DNA of 64,000 bases from Candidatus Aminicenantes bacterium (GCA_963807525.1 CAWECI010000030.1:33673-97672), one strand, 5' to 3'. Positions 9,217 through 19,905 are shown, counted from the stretch's first letter. Notes: a model not told the origin generated them from the letters alone. Numbers and translations are program-made.

Positions 9217-10076
9217 GCCGTCCGCACGGCCCGGGCCGTGGCGGCCAGCGCGGCGGCCAGGACGATGACCCCTCCGGCCACCGTTCTCCAGGAGGGTATC
9301 TCGCCGAGTATTACCAGGGCCAGAAGAATGCCATAGACCGGCTCGAGCGAGCTCAGGACGCTCGCCGTCCGGGCGCCGGCCCCCTTCAAGCCGTCAATGA
9401 ACAAGGCGTGGGCGGCCGCTGTACAAAAGACCCCCAGGGCGGCGACGAGGGCCCAGTCCCGGCCGGAGGAGGGGAGGCCCAGCTTCAAGGCGGCGGGGAA
9501 GAGGCAAAGACAGGCGACGAGATCCTGGTAAAAGGCCACGGTCAGGGTCGCTTGCCGCGAGGCCAGCCCCCTGTTGAGGACCGACAGGACGGCGAAAGAC
9601 AGGCCCGCGCCGAGTCCCCACAAGACGCCCCGGACGACGGCGTTCGAGAGATCGAAGCTCGGCACGATCAGGCCGATGCCGGCGACGCAAGCCAGAGCGA
9701 ATCCCAGGCTCTCGGGCTCCCAGCGGGCCCGCGTGAGAAGCGGTTCGAGGAACGCGGTGAACACCGGGAAGCTGGCGTAGGACAGCAGCCCGACCGCTAC
9801 GGACGAGACCTGGATGGACTTGAAGAACATGGTCCAATGGGCGGCCAAGATGAGGCCGCAGAGGGCGAGCAGAACGGCGTCGCGCTTCGACGCGACCCGG
9901 AACAGGCCCCGCCGTCCCGGGGCCATGACCAAGGCCAGGGCCAAGCTGGCGAACAGGACGCGGCCGAAAACGATCAGGACCGGAGGCCAGGGCAGCCACT
10001 TGGCGAACAGCCCGGGAAAGCCGAACAGGAAAACGGCCAGGTGGATCTCGGCCAAGCTCCGTGTCCGCGAAAGCAC
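9213..10076 (-). CDS. EamA/DMT family transporter
   Basis: About 10 TM helices in two repeats; LEPVYGILLA...GE motif. GTG start lies 6 nt after TATAAT. Confidence 0.85.
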   Translation of the reverse strand: MLSRTRSLAEIHLAVFLFGFPGLFAKWLPWPPVLIVFGRVLFASLALALVMAPGRRGLFRVASKRDAVLLALCGLILAAHWTMFFKSIQVSSVAVGLLSYASFPVFTAFLEPLLTRARWEPESLGFALACVAGIGLIVPSFDLSNAVVRGVLWGLGAGLSFAVLSVLNRGLASRQATLTVAFYQDLVACLCLFPAALKLGLPSSGRDWALVAALGVFCTAAAHALFIDGLKGAGARTASVLSSLEPVYGILLALVILGEIPSWRTVAGGVIVLAAALAATARAVRTA

Positions 10077-10165
10077 CGGCCCATTATATTACTTTTCTTT
10101 CTTCCCGGTCCGGATTGTGCTAAGATAAATCTTACTTTTCTTCCGTCCCCGGACGGCAACAACCC

Positions 10166-11908
10166 ATGTCTTACGAGATATTCGCGCGGAAATACAGGCC
10201 GCAGACCTTTGAGGAGGTCATCGGCCAGAAGTCCGTGGTCCAGACGATCCAGAACGCCATCGCGTCGGGCCGCGTCGCCCAGGCCTACCTGTTCTCGGGC
10301 GTCCGGGGGACCGGCAAGACGACCGTGGCCCGCATCCTGGCCAAGGCCCTCAACTGCACCCGGGGCGCCGGGCCGACCCCGCATCCCTGCCGCGTTTGGG
10401 AGGCCGAGGACCCGCGGGCCAAGACCGAGCCCCCGTGCGACGTCTGCCGCTCGATCTACGAGGACCGGGCCATCGACGTCCTCGAGATCGACGGCGCCTC
10501 CAACCGCCAGGTCGACGACATCGAGCCCATCCGAGAGATGGTCAAGTACAAGCCCGCTTACACGCGGACCAAGGTCCTGATCATCGACGAAGTCCATATG
10601 CTCTCGACGCACGCCTTCAACGCTCTCCTGAAGACGCTCGAGGAGCCGCCGCCGAACACGGTCTTCATTTTCGCCACGACCGAGTTCCAGAAGGTCCCGG
10701 CGACCATCGTCTCGCGCTGCCAGCATTTCGAGTTCCGCAAGATCTCGCACAAGGACATCATCAACCACCTCATGGAGATCACCCGGAAGGAGGGCATCAC
10801 CATCACGCCGGCCGGCCTGGCCCTCATCGCCGAGGCCGCCGACGGGAGCATGCGCGATGCCCAGAGCCTGCTCGACCAGGCCGTGGCCTTCAGCGGCGTG
10901 AACATCGGCGACGAGGACCTCAAGACGATCCTGGGCACGATCGGGCAGGACCTGCTGACGCGCTTCTCGTCGGCCGTCCTGGACGAGAAGCCCGATGAGG
11001 TCTTTGGCCTCGTCGAGAGCGTTGTCGCCGCCGGCTATGACCTGCGCTTCGTCTTCGGCAAGCTCATCGAGCACTTCCGGGCCCTGCTCCTGGTCCGTTC
11101 CGTCGAGCGGCCGGAGGACCTTCTGGCAGTCAGCCCCGAAGGCCTGGCGGCCCTGCGCCGCGAGGCGGGCAAGGCAGGTCCCGAGGATCTGCTTCGTTAT
11201 CTGCTGGCCCTTCAGCAGGCAGAGTCCGGGCTGAAGTTCTCGGCCCTGCCGCGGATCTACCTCGAGGCCTTTCTGGTCAAGCTCTGCCATTTCCGCAAGA
11301 TCGTGCCGATCCGGGAGCTGATCAAGGACGTCGAATCGCTCCGGGAGGCTCCCGCCCGGACGTCGGCCGCCCGGCCCGCAGGACCGGCGCCCCGGGGAGT
11401 TTCGCCGGCCGCGCCGCCGAGATCCGCACCGCTGGCCGGACCTCCCGCGGCCGCCCCCGAGCCGGCCGCGCCGGCCAAGCCCGCCCCGGCGCCGACCGGG
11501 AAGGACATCTTTCTGAGGGTCCTGGAAAAGCTGGCCGTCGAGCGGGCGCCCCTGGCCGCGCTTCTCGGGCAGTTCTCGTCGGCCTTGGTCAAGGACAACC
11601 TCCTCGAGGTCTTCTTCGGGAGCGGCCGCGGCTTCTTCGTCGCCGGCATCCAGGACAGGGACCTGCGGGCGGTCGAGAAGGCCGCCTCGGACGTCCTGGG
11701 CCGGGAGACCAAGGTCCGCTTCGCCGAGGAGAACGCGAGCGATGGCGGCCCGATCCGGCCCGGCCGGGAGCTCGAGTCGGCCATGAAGGACCCGGCCGTT
11801 CAGTTCTTCATGAACACGTTCAAGGCCCAGGTCCTGTCCGCCGATCCCATGCCGACCGCGCGCGAGACCGCCCCCAAGGACCGCGGACCGACAGAGAAGG
11901 ACTCATGA
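10166..11908 (+). CDS. dnaX: DNA polymerase III subunit gamma/tau
   Basis: ARKYRPQTF, GVRGTGKTT, EIDGASN, IIDEVHML, FNALLKTLEEPP, SRC; Pro/Ala-rich linker. Confidence 0.97.
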   Translation: MSYEIFARKYRPQTFEEVIGQKSVVQTIQNAIASGRVAQAYLFSGVRGTGKTTVARILAKALNCTRGAGPTPHPCRVWEAEDPRAKTEPPCDVCRSIYEDRAIDVLEIDGASNRQVDDIEPIREMVKYKPAYTRTKVLIIDEVHMLSTHAFNALLKTLEEPPPNTVFIFATTEFQKVPATIVSRCQHFEFRKISHKDIINHLMEITRKEGITITPAGLALIAEAADGSMRDAQSLLDQAVAFSGVNIGDEDLKTILGTIGQDLLTRFSSAVLDEKPDEVFGLVESVVAAGYDLRFVFGKLIEHFRALLLVRSVERPEDLLAVSPEGLAALRREAGKAGPEDLLRYLLALQQAESGLKFSALPRIYLEAFLVKLCHFRKIVPIRELIKDVESLREAPARTSAARPAGPAPRGVSPAAPPRSAPLAGPPAAAPEPAAPAKPAPAPTGKDIFLRVLEKLAVERAPLAALLGQFSSALVKDNLLEVFFGSGRGFFVAGIQDRDLRAVEKAASDVLGRETKVRFAEENASDGGPIRPGRELESAMKDPAVQFFMNTFKAQVLSADPMPTARETAPKDRGPTEKDS

Positions 11909-12216
11909 AGAACGTCATGGACCTCCAGAAGATGCTCAAGTCGGCCAAGGAGATGCAGGACCGTCTCCAGAAGGAGATGGCGGACCTGCGGATCGAGGGC
12001 TCGAGCGGCGGCGGCATGGTCACGGTCGTGCTCGACGGGCACAAGTCGCTCCAGTCCATCCGCATCGATCCGGAGGTCGTCAACCGCGACGAGGTCGAGA
12101 TGCTCCAGGACCTCATCGTGGCCGCCTTCAACGACGCGGCGGCCAAGGTCGATGACACCCTGGCCCAGAAGCTCGGCGGCCTGGGCGCCGGCCTGAAGAT
12201 CCCGGGGCTCGGCTGA
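11905..12216 (+). CDS. ybaB: Nucleoid-associated protein YbaB/EbfC
   Basis: GSSGGGMVTV, EMLQDLIVAAFNDA; lies between dnaX and recR. Confidence 0.95.
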   Translation: MKNVMDLQKMLKSAKEMQDRLQKEMADLRIEGSSGGGMVTVVLDGHKSLQSIRIDPEVVNRDEVEMLQDLIVAAFNDAAAKVDDTLAQKLGGLGAGLKIPGLG

Positions 12217-12821
12217 TGTTCGAGTACGCCCAGCCTCTTCACGACCTCATCGAGGAGCTCCGCCATATCCCCGGCATCGGGGCCAAGACGGCCCAGCGCA
12301 TCGCCTTTTATTTCCTTGGCCTGCCGGCCGAGGACACCGACCGCCTGGCCGAGGCCATCCGGGAGGCCAAGCGCAGGATCTTCTATTGCTCCCGCTGCAA
12401 CAGCATCACCCACGTCGACCCCTGCCAGTACTGCACCGACCCGCAGCGGTCCGACGAGTCGCTCTGCATCGTCGAGGAGCCATTCAACATCGCCTCGATC
12501 GAGCGAACGGGCGCCTTCAACGGCCGCTACCACGTCCTCCTGGGGGCCCTGTCGCCGCTCAAGGGCCGGGGGCCGGACGAGCTCCGGCTGGGCAAGCTGA
12601 CCAAGCGGATCGAGGAGGGAGCGTTCAAGGAGATCATCATCGCCACGAACCCGACGGTGGAAGGGGAGGCCACGGCCCTGTACCTCCTCCGGGAGCTCAA
12701 GGAGTACGGCCTCCGCATCACCCGGCTGGCCATGGGTCTGCCGGTCGGATCGGACCTCGACTTCGCCGACCAGGTGACCATCAAGAAGGCCCTGGAAGGG
12801 CGGACCGAGCTCAAGGAATAG
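12216..12821 (+). CDS. recR: Recombination protein RecR
   Basis: PGIGAKTAQR HhH, C4 zinc finger, YHVL, ATNPTVEGEATA Toprim. Confidence 0.97.
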   Translation: MFEYAQPLHDLIEELRHIPGIGAKTAQRIAFYFLGLPAEDTDRLAEAIREAKRRIFYCSRCNSITHVDPCQYCTDPQRSDESLCIVEEPFNIASIERTGAFNGRYHVLLGALSPLKGRGPDELRLGKLTKRIEEGAFKEIIIATNPTVEGEATALYLLRELKEYGLRITRLAMGLPVGSDLDFADQVTIKKALEGRTELKE

Positions 12822-12872
12822 CCCGACACGTCGCCCGCGGACGTTCGACCATATCGCACAAAGGAGTTGTCC

Positions 12873-15800
12873 ATGGACGGAAAGACCAAGAACATGCAGA
12901 CGATCGACGGGAACCAGGCGGCGACCCATGTCGCCTATGCGTACTCCGAGGTCGCGGCCATCTATCCCATCACGCCCTCGTCCACGATGGGCGAGCTGGC
13001 GGACGAGTGGTCGGCCCACGACCGCAAGAACATCTTCGGCCAGCGGGTGGACGTCATCGAGATGCAGTCCGAGGGCGGCGCCTCCGGCGCGGTCCACGGC
13101 TCGCTCTCGGCCGGCGCCCTGACGACGACCTTCACGGCCTCCCAGGGCCTGATGCTCATGCTGCCGAACATGCACAAGATCGCCGGCGAGATGCTGCCGA
13201 CCGTGTTCCTGGTCTCGGCCCGCTCGCTGGCCTGCCAGTCCCTGTCGATCTTCGGCGACCACAGCGACGTCATGGCCGCCCGGAACACCGGCTTCGCCCT
13301 GACCTGCGCCGGATCGGTCCAGGAGGCCCAGGACCTGGCCATCGTCGCCCACCTGGCGACGCTGCGGACCAAGATCCCGTTCCTGCACTTCTTCGACGGC
13401 TTCCGGACCTCGAACGTCCTGGAGAAGATCGATGTCGTGTCCCTCGACACGCTGCGCGACCTCTTCGAGCCCCAATACCTCGAGGAGTTCCGGATGCGCT
13501 CGCTCAATCCCGAGCGGCCGATGCAGAAGGTCGGCCAGCAGAACCCCGACGTCTACTTCCAGGGCCGCGAGACGGTCAACAGGTTCTACGCGGAGTGCCC
13601 GGCCATCGTCCAGCACTACATGGACAAGGTGGCCGCCGCGATCGGCCGCCAGTACCACCTCTTCGACTATTTCGGCGCCCCCGACGCGGACAAGGTCATC
13701 GTCATGATGGGTTCCGGATCCGAAACGGCCGAGGAGACCATCAACTACCTCAACTCCCACGGCGCCAAGCTCGGCCTGGTCAAGGTCCGGCTCTACCGGC
13801 CGTTCGACGCCAAGGCCCTGGCCGCGGCCCTGCCCGCCTCGGCCAAGAAGGTGGCCGTCCTCGACCGGACGAAGGAGCCCGGCTCGATCGGCGAGCCGCT
13901 GTACCTCGATATCGCCCTGGCCCTGTCGGGCCGGCCGGTCAAGGTCATCGGCGGCCGCTACGGCCTGTCGTCCAAGGAATTCACCCCGGCCATGGTCAAG
14001 GCCGTCTACGACCACCTCGACGGCCCGGCCTTCCACGGCTTCACCGTCGGCATCAACGACGACGTCACCCACACCTCGATCCCCGTCGGCCCGATCCTGG
14101 ACACCGAGCTCGCCGGGACGGTCCGCTGCAAGTTCTTCGGCTACGGCTCCGACGGCACGGTCGGCGCCAACAAGAACTCCATCAAGATCATCTCCGACCA
14201 CACCGAAATGTACGGCCAGGGCTACTTCCAGTACGACTCCAAGAAGTCGGGCGGCGTCACGATCTCCCACCTGCGCTTCGGCAAGCACCCGATCCAGTCC
14301 GAATACTTCCTGAACACCGTCGATTTCGTGGCCCTGCACAAGCCGTCTTACATCGGGCGCCTCGATATCCTCGAGGGCATCCGCGAGGGCGGCACGTTCC
14401 TCGTCAACTGCGATTGGAAGGCCGCCGAGGTCTTCGAGCACCTGACCGAGGACATGCAGCGGACGATCATCGACAAGAAGGTCAAGGTCTACGCCATCGA
14501 CGCCCTCAAGATCGCCGGCGAGCTGGGCCTCGGCGTTCGCATCAACTCGATCATGCAGGCCTGCTTCTTCAAGCTCTCCGGGGTCCTGCCCGAGGCGGAA
14601 GCCATCACCTTGATGAAGAAGGCCGTCGAGAAGACCTACGGCCGCAAGGGCCAGGAAGTCGTCCAAATGAACTGGGACGCCATCGACCGGTCCGCGGCGG
14701 CGCTCGAGGCCGTGCTCATCCCGGCCAAGATCACCAAGTCCGCCCCGGTCACCAAGATCGTCCCCGACGATGCCAGCGCCTACGCCAAGGAGGTCATCGA
14801 CCCGGTGACCCGGTTCAAGGGCGACCTGCTGCCGGTCTCCAAGATGCCGATCGACGGGGCCACTCCGACGGCCACGGCCCGCCTGGAGAAGAGGGGCATC
14901 GCCACCGAGTGCCCGAAGTGGCTCCCCGAGAACTGCATCCAGTGCAATCAGTGCAATTTCGTCTGCCCCCACGCCACGATCAGGGCCAAGCAGGTCGCTC
15001 CGGCGGACCTGACCGGCGCGCCCGAGGGCTTCGTCACCATCAAGTCCAACACCAAGAACGACCGCGGCCTCCTGTACCGGGAGCAGTGCTACATCGAGGA
15101 CTGCGTCGGCTGCGGCTCCTGCGCCCAGGTTTGCCCGGCCAAGAACAAGGCCTTGGTCATGACCCCGATCGCCGAGCTCCGGGCCGCCGGCGAGGCCCAG
15201 AAGGCCGAATTCTTCGACCGCCTGCCCGATAACGTCCTGGATGGCGTCAAGGCCGACACCCTCAAGGGCAGCCAGTTCCTCCGGCCGCTCTTCGAGTTCA
15301 GCGGCGCCTGCGCCGGCTGCGGCGAGACGCCCTACGTCAAGCTGGCCACCCAGCTGTTCGGCGAGCGGATGATCATCGCCAACGCGACGGGCTGCTCCTC
15401 GATCTACGGCGGCACCTTCCCGACCTGCCCCTATTGCGTCACCACGGAAGGCAAGGGCCCGGCCTGGGGCAACTCGCTGTTCGAGGACAACGCCGAGTAC
15501 GGCTTCGGCATGCGCTTGGCCGTCGACGCCAACCGGCGGCTCCTGGCGGCCTCGATCGACGGCGCGCTGGCGGCCGGGACGACCCCGGCGCTGGCACAGG
15601 CCCTGGGCCAGATGAAGGCCGCCTGGACGGACGCCGGCGAGGCGGCCAAGGCCGCGGCCAAGGCCGTGCGGGCCGCTCTGCCGGAAGCCGTCAAGAGGGC
15701 CAACGGCGCCAAGCCTTATCTCTCCAAGATCGACGAGCTCAAGGACTTTTTGGTCGAGAAGAGCGTGTGGGCCATCGGCGGGGACGGCTGGGCCTACGAC

Positions 15801-16397
15801 ATCGGCTACGGCGGCCTGGACCACGTCCTGGCCATGAACCGCAACGTCAACGTCCTCGTTCTCGACACCGAGGTCTATTCGAACACGGGCGGCCAGGCCT
15901 CCAAGTCGACCCCGACGGGGTCCGTGGCCAAGTTCGCCTCGTCCGGCAAGCGGACCTCCAAGAAGGACCTCGGCCGGATGGCCATGACCTACGGCTACGT
16001 CTACGTCGCCTCGGTGGCCATGGGCGCCAACATGAACCAGTGCCTTAGGGCCTTCCTCGAGGCCGAGTCCTTCCCCGGGCCGGCGATCATCATCGCCTAT
16101 TCGCCCTGCATCAACCACGGCATCGACATGAGCAAATCCCAGGCCGAGGAGAAGCTGGCGGTCGACACCGGATATTGGACCCTGTACCGATTCAACCCCC
16201 GGCTGGCCCAGGAAGGCAAGAACCCGTTCCAGCTCGATTCCAAGGAGCCCAAGCTCGAGTACGAGGCCTTCCTCAGGAACGAGGTCCGCTACAAGACGCT
16301 GGTCCAGCAGTTCCCCGAGATCGCCAAGGAGCTGTTCGCCAGGGCGGCCGTGGAATCCCGGAAGCGCTTCGAGACCTACAAGAAGATGGCGGAATAA
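12873..16397 (+). CDS. nifJ: Pyruvate:ferredoxin (flavodoxin) oxidoreductase, homodimeric type
   Basis: IYPITPSS, MQSEGGA, two ferredoxin-type Cys motifs, GACAGCGE, GGDGWAYDIG, NTGGQASK; AAGGAG RBS before ATG 12873. Confidence 0.97.
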   Translation: MDGKTKNMQTIDGNQAATHVAYAYSEVAAIYPITPSSTMGELADEWSAHDRKNIFGQRVDVIEMQSEGGASGAVHGSLSAGALTTTFTASQGLMLMLPNMHKIAGEMLPTVFLVSARSLACQSLSIFGDHSDVMAARNTGFALTCAGSVQEAQDLAIVAHLATLRTKIPFLHFFDGFRTSNVLEKIDVVSLDTLRDLFEPQYLEEFRMRSLNPERPMQKVGQQNPDVYFQGRETVNRFYAECPAIVQHYMDKVAAAIGRQYHLFDYFGAPDADKVIVMMGSGSETAEETINYLNSHGAKLGLVKVRLYRPFDAKALAAALPASAKKVAVLDRTKEPGSIGEPLYLDIALALSGRPVKVIGGRYGLSSKEFTPAMVKAVYDHLDGPAFHGFTVGINDDVTHTSIPVGPILDTELAGTVRCKFFGYGSDGTVGANKNSIKIISDHTEMYGQGYFQYDSKKSGGVTISHLRFGKHPIQSEYFLNTVDFVALHKPSYIGRLDILEGIREGGTFLVNCDWKAAEVFEHLTEDMQRTIIDKKVKVYAIDALKIAGELGLGVRINSIMQACFFKLSGVLPEAEAITLMKKAVEKTYGRKGQEVVQMNWDAIDRSAAALEAVLIPAKITKSAPVTKIVPDDASAYAKEVIDPVTRFKGDLLPVSKMPIDGATPTATARLEKRGIATECPKWLPENCIQCNQCNFVCPHATIRAKQVAPADLTGAPEGFVTIKSNTKNDRGLLYREQCYIEDCVGCGSCAQVCPAKNKALVMTPIAELRAAGEAQKAEFFDRLPDNVLDGVKADTLKGSQFLRPLFEFSGACAGCGETPYVKLATQLFGERMIIANATGCSSIYGGTFPTCPYCVTTEGKGPAWGNSLFEDNAEYGFGMRLAVDANRRLLAASIDGALAAGTTPALAQALGQMKAAWTDAGEAAKAAAKAVRAALPEAVKRANGAKPYLSKIDELKDFLVEKSVWAIGGDGWAYDIGYGGLDHVLAMNRNVNVLVLDTEVYSNTGGQASKSTPTGSVAKFASSGKRTSKKDLGRMAMTYGYVYVASVAMGANMNQCLRAFLEAESFPGPAIIIAYSPCINHGIDMSKSQAEEKLAVDTGYWTLYRFNPRLAQEGKNPFQLDSKEPKLEYEAFLRNEVRYKTLVQQFPEIAKELFARAAVESRKRFETYKKMAE

Positions 16398-16417
16398 TCG
16401 GATCGGCTCGTTCGTTC

Positions 16418-16457
16418 AAAGGCCCCAGAGGGACGATCTTCCGGGGCCTTTTTTTTT
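16418..16457 (+). terminator. Intrinsic terminator
   Basis: AAAGGCCCC...GGGGCCTTT stem followed by a T run just after the PFOR stop. Confidence 0.85.
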
Positions 16458-16538
16458 CGATCGCCCCGGCGCGGGCGTTTGACAGGGCCCCGGACACGGG
16501 CGTATAAGCCGTCTCAAATGGGTCCTAAGGAGCCGCGC

Positions 16539-17168
16539 ATGCGTTTTCACAAGTCTCATACCCTCGGGGCGGCCATGATCGCGGGCTGTCTGCTCTCCGC
16601 GAGCTGCGCCACGCTCAACAACATGGCCGCGGCCCTGGCGAACCTGCAGCGGTTGAAATTCAAGATCGGCAGCGTCAGGGAATTCCGTCTGCTGGGGCTC
16701 GATATCAGCGCCAAGTCGAAACTCAGCGACTTCGGCGCCACGGACATCTTAAGGGTCGTTCAGTCCTACACCGCCAAGACGCTCCCGGTCTCGTTCGTCC
16801 TGGACGTGCTGGCCGTCAATCCCAACGATGGCACCGGCGGGACCACAAAGACCGTCAGCACGCTGACGTCCCTCGAATGCCGCCTGCTCATCGACGGTCA
16901 GCCCACGGTCATGGGGAATATCGACAACCCCGTGGAGATCCCCGGGACCGGACAGGAATCCATCATCCCGATGCGCCTGTCCCTCGACCTTTTCGAGTTC
17001 TTTGCCGGTAAGCGCTACGAGGACCTGGTCGCTCTGGCCCTGACCCTCGGCGGCCGGAGCGGCTCGCCGGCCCGTTTGTCGTTGGACGCCCAGCCGACCG
17101 TGTCCACGCCGATCGGGCCCATCACATACCCGGGCCGGGTGACCATCGTCAGCACGGATTTCCGGTAG
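16539..17168 (+). CDS. Putative lipoprotein, LEA_2/WHy-like
   Basis: Lipobox LSASC; V.NPN motif and beta-rich fold pattern; AAGGAG RBS; upstream TTGACA-18-TATAAG. Confidence 0.65.
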   Translation: MRFHKSHTLGAAMIAGCLLSASCATLNNMAAALANLQRLKFKIGSVREFRLLGLDISAKSKLSDFGATDILRVVQSYTAKTLPVSFVLDVLAVNPNDGTGGTTKTVSTLTSLECRLLIDGQPTVMGNIDNPVEIPGTGQESIIPMRLSLDLFEFFAGKRYEDLVALALTLGGRSGSPARLSLDAQPTVSTPIGPITYPGRVTIVSTDFR

Positions 17169-17170
17169 CC

Positions 17171-18520
17171 TCAGCGCAGAGTCGGGGCCTGCGGGGCGGG
17201 GCCGACCGTGACCTTCAGGGCCCGGGCGGGATCGAGGACCTCCCGCATGAAGGCCTCGAGATCCTCCCGCGTGATCGCGACTGCGGCCGCTATAAGATCG
17301 GCCGCGGCGCCCGGCTCCAAGCCCAACGACTGGTAGAGCCCCAGGGTCCGGAGCCGCGAGCTCTTCATTTCGGTGGCCCGCAGGAGCCGGGTCCTGGCCA
17401 TGGTCCGGGCCGCCTCCAGCTCGCCCGGGATCAGTCCCTTCTCGCGCAGGCTGTCGATCACCCGTCCGAGCCCGGCCGCCGCCTCCGCGACGCGAGCCTG
17501 GCCGGTCTCGAGATGCGCGATCAGGACCGCGCCGCCCCGGGTCCAAGTCAGGTCGGCATCGACGTCATAGGCCAGCCTCTCGTCGACCCTCAAGGACCAG
17601 AGCCGCGAGCCGGGACCCTTGCCGAGCACGGTCTCGAGCAGGAAGGCCTTGGCCATGTCGGCCAGGCCCCTGCGCGGCAAGATATAGGCCTGTCCGACCG
17701 AGCTCTGCTTGGTGTCCCTGGGGACCGCGAGCTCCCGGTCGTCAGGCAAGGCGGCATTCTGGACGGTCGTCCCGGGCGCCGCGCCGTCGGGGATCCCGTC
17801 AAAATATCTTTCCAGCAGGCTCCGGACCGCCTTGGGATCAAGGTCCGACTGGACGCCGAAAAAGACATTCGGCTTGACCACGAGCCGATGAACGAAGGCG
17901 ACGACATCCTTGCGCTCGATCGCCGCCAGGCTGGGCTCGGACCCGTAGAGGAGCGAGCCGCAGCCGCGGCCGCCGAAGAGCGCGGAGAACACGGCGTTGC
18001 GGCCGGCCGCGACCGGGTCGTCCTCGTCCATCCGCCCGTAGGCCGTCATGAGGTCCTTGGCCCGGCCGACGCGGAGACCCGAGATGAGGGGGTCCTGGAC
18101 GATCTTGGAGGCCACCCGCAAGGCCTCCTCGAGGTGCTCGCTCAGGCATTCGATGACCACGATCGAGACATCCTCGAGGCACACATAATAAAGCCGCGTG
18201 GCCTGGGCCATGAGGGCCTGGACCTTGCCCTCGTCGGGGATCTCGAGCAGGATCCGGGTCGAGATGGCGGCCAAGCCGTCAAGTCCGGGCGGTACCGCGG
18301 ATTTGCCGCCGGCGATGAAAAGCCCGATCACGGTCGTCGGCGACGAGGCGTCCTTCTGGTAGGTGCAGGGAATGCCGGTGGCCAGGACGAACCGCTCGGG
18401 GGCGTTCTGCCAGAGCCCGGTCTGTCCCGCGGCCAGATTGCTGACGCTCAAGACGTAGAGGATCCCTGCCGCGGCCCAGACCGGCAGATCCCGGGTCATC
18501 GCCCCGGGCGTCCGTCTCAT
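17171..18520 (-). CDS. M16B peptidase family, non-catalytic subunit
   Basis: M16 fold motifs (SRLWSLRVDERLAYDV), no HxxEH; signal peptide; ATGA overlap with partner. Confidence 0.8.
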   Translation of the reverse strand: MRRTPGAMTRDLPVWAAAGILYVLSVSNLAAGQTGLWQNAPERFVLATGIPCTYQKDASSPTTVIGLFIAGGKSAVPPGLDGLAAISTRILLEIPDEGKVQALMAQATRLYYVCLEDVSIVVIECLSEHLEEALRVASKIVQDPLISGLRVGRAKDLMTAYGRMDEDDPVAAGRNAVFSALFGGRGCGSLLYGSEPSLAAIERKDVVAFVHRLVVKPNVFFGVQSDLDPKAVRSLLERYFDGIPDGAAPGTTVQNAALPDDRELAVPRDTKQSSVGQAYILPRRGLADMAKAFLLETVLGKGPGSRLWSLRVDERLAYDVDADLTWTRGGAVLIAHLETGQARVAEAAAGLGRVIDSLREKGLIPGELEAARTMARTRLLRATEMKSSRLRTLGLYQSLGLEPGAAADLIAAAVAITREDLEAFMREVLDPARALKVTVGPAPQAPTLR

Positions 18521-19905
18521 TTGGCCTTCCCCTTGATCGGGACCACGGAAACCGCGGCGCATTCGCCACGCGCCAGGTAGCGGCCGGCCGCCTTTCGCAG
18601 GTCGGTCGAATCGACCCGCCCGATGCGGTCGAGATAGCGGCCCGGGTCCGCCCGGGTGCTGAGCAGCATGTGACGGACGAGCGACGCGGCCAGCTGCAGG
18701 CCGGATTCCTCGGCCTGACCCGAAGCGAACCGGATCTGGTTCTTGGCCATCTCCAGGTAGTCAAAGGCCGCGTTCTGCTCCTCGGGCGCGGCGAAATCGT
18801 TCTTCGAGTACGATTCGTTGCGGGCCCGGTTGAGGAACGAGACGGCGGCGCGCTCGACGGCGGCCAGGTCCTTGGGATCGGCCCGGACCGAGACGATGGC
18901 CGCCCCGCCGAATCGCAGAGGTAGGGCGACCATCGTGACGTTCTGGACGGAGTCGCGAAAGCCCCGCAGGTATCCGCCGAGCAGGGGATTGACGCCGCGT
19001 CCCAGGGCCTCGACCAGGACGTTCATGGCGTACATGTCCGGGCTATTGTAGTCCGGGGCGGCGAAGGCGATATACAAGTAACCTTCGCGAACGTCGCGCT
19101 CGAGACGCCGAGAGCTCGATCGCTTGGGGGGGGCCGCCATCGGGAAGGCGGTCGCCTGAAAGCCGGTCCTGGGCAGGGAGCCAAAGATCTCGCGGACGCG
19201 CGCCTCCACGTCGGCCGTGCTGAAATCGCCGACCACGGCCATGGCGCAGTTGTCGGCCACGAAGTATTTGCGGTAGAACGCGCCCAGCGTCTCGCTCGTG
19301 GCCGCCTCGACCACCTCGCGCCGGCCGTAGACCGAGCGGCCGTAAGGATGCCCGGGGAAGAGGGTCTGGAGGACGAGATCGACGGCGCTGCGCTCCGGGT
19401 CGTCCTCCATTTGCGCGAGTTCCTCGAGGATGATGGACTTCTCGGCGTCGATATCCGCCTGGCTGAGGGCCAGCCCGAACAGGATATCCTTCTGGTTGCG
19501 GAGCCCGAAGTCGGCCTGGTCCGACGCGAGCGAGATCTCGAAGGCGGCCAGGTCCTGGCTGGTGTTGCCGTTGACATAGGCCCCGTGGCGCCGGATGTCG
19601 GACATCACCTGGCCGCCCGTCCGGGTCTGGCTGCCCCGGAAGAGCACACAGTGCTCGAGGAGATGGACGAGGCCGTTCGTGGCCTCGGTCTCGTCCTTCG
19701 AGCCGACGTCGAAGCCGCAGACGATATTGACCAGAGGGACGTCGTGTTTCTCGTAGAGGAAGACCCGAAGTCCGTTATCAAGGATGAAGCTGCGCTCCGG
19801 GCCGGCCGCCGCCAGAGGGCCGACGGCAAGGCCAAGCAGGGCCAAGGCGACGGCCGCCAAGAGGGAAGTCCCGGGGAGACGCGGCATAAGGGGCTTCTTG
19901 ATCAC
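18517..19905 (-). CDS. M16B zinc peptidase, catalytic subunit, secreted
   Basis: LDNGLRV, GSKDE, HLLEH (HxxEH), EKSIILEE, HPYGR; signal peptide. Exact start uncertain. Confidence 0.88.
   Translation of the reverse strand: MIKKPLMPRLPGTSLLAAVALALLGLAVGPLAAAGPERSFILDNGLRVFLYEKHDVPLVNIVCGFDVGSKDETEATNGLVHLLEHCVLFRGSQTRTGGQVMSDIRRHGAYVNGNTSQDLAAFEISLASDQADFGLRNQKDILFGLALSQADIDAEKSIILEELAQMEDDPERSAVDLVLQTLFPGHPYGRSVYGRREVVEAATSETLGAFYRKYFVADNCAMAVVGDFSTADVEARVREIFGSLPRTGFQATAFPMAAPPKRSSSRRLERDVREGYLYIAFAAPDYNSPDMYAMNVLVEALGRGVNPLLGGYLRGFRDSVQNVTMVALPLRFGGAAIVSVRADPKDLAAVERAAVSFLNRARNESYSKNDFAAPEEQNAAFDYLEMAKNQIRFASGQAEESGLQLAASLVRHMLLSTRADPGRYLDRIGRVDSTDLRKAAGRYLARGECAAVSVVPIKGKAK

Noticed and set aside
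11300-11520. Possible programmed dnaX frameshift or low-complexity repeat
   Set aside because: No A-run slippery site visible; ordinary Pro/Ala linker
11820-16118. 1432-aa minus-strand ORF and many other long overlapping ORFs in the track
   Set aside because: Antisense or alternate-frame shadows of real high-GC genes; no recognisable motifs
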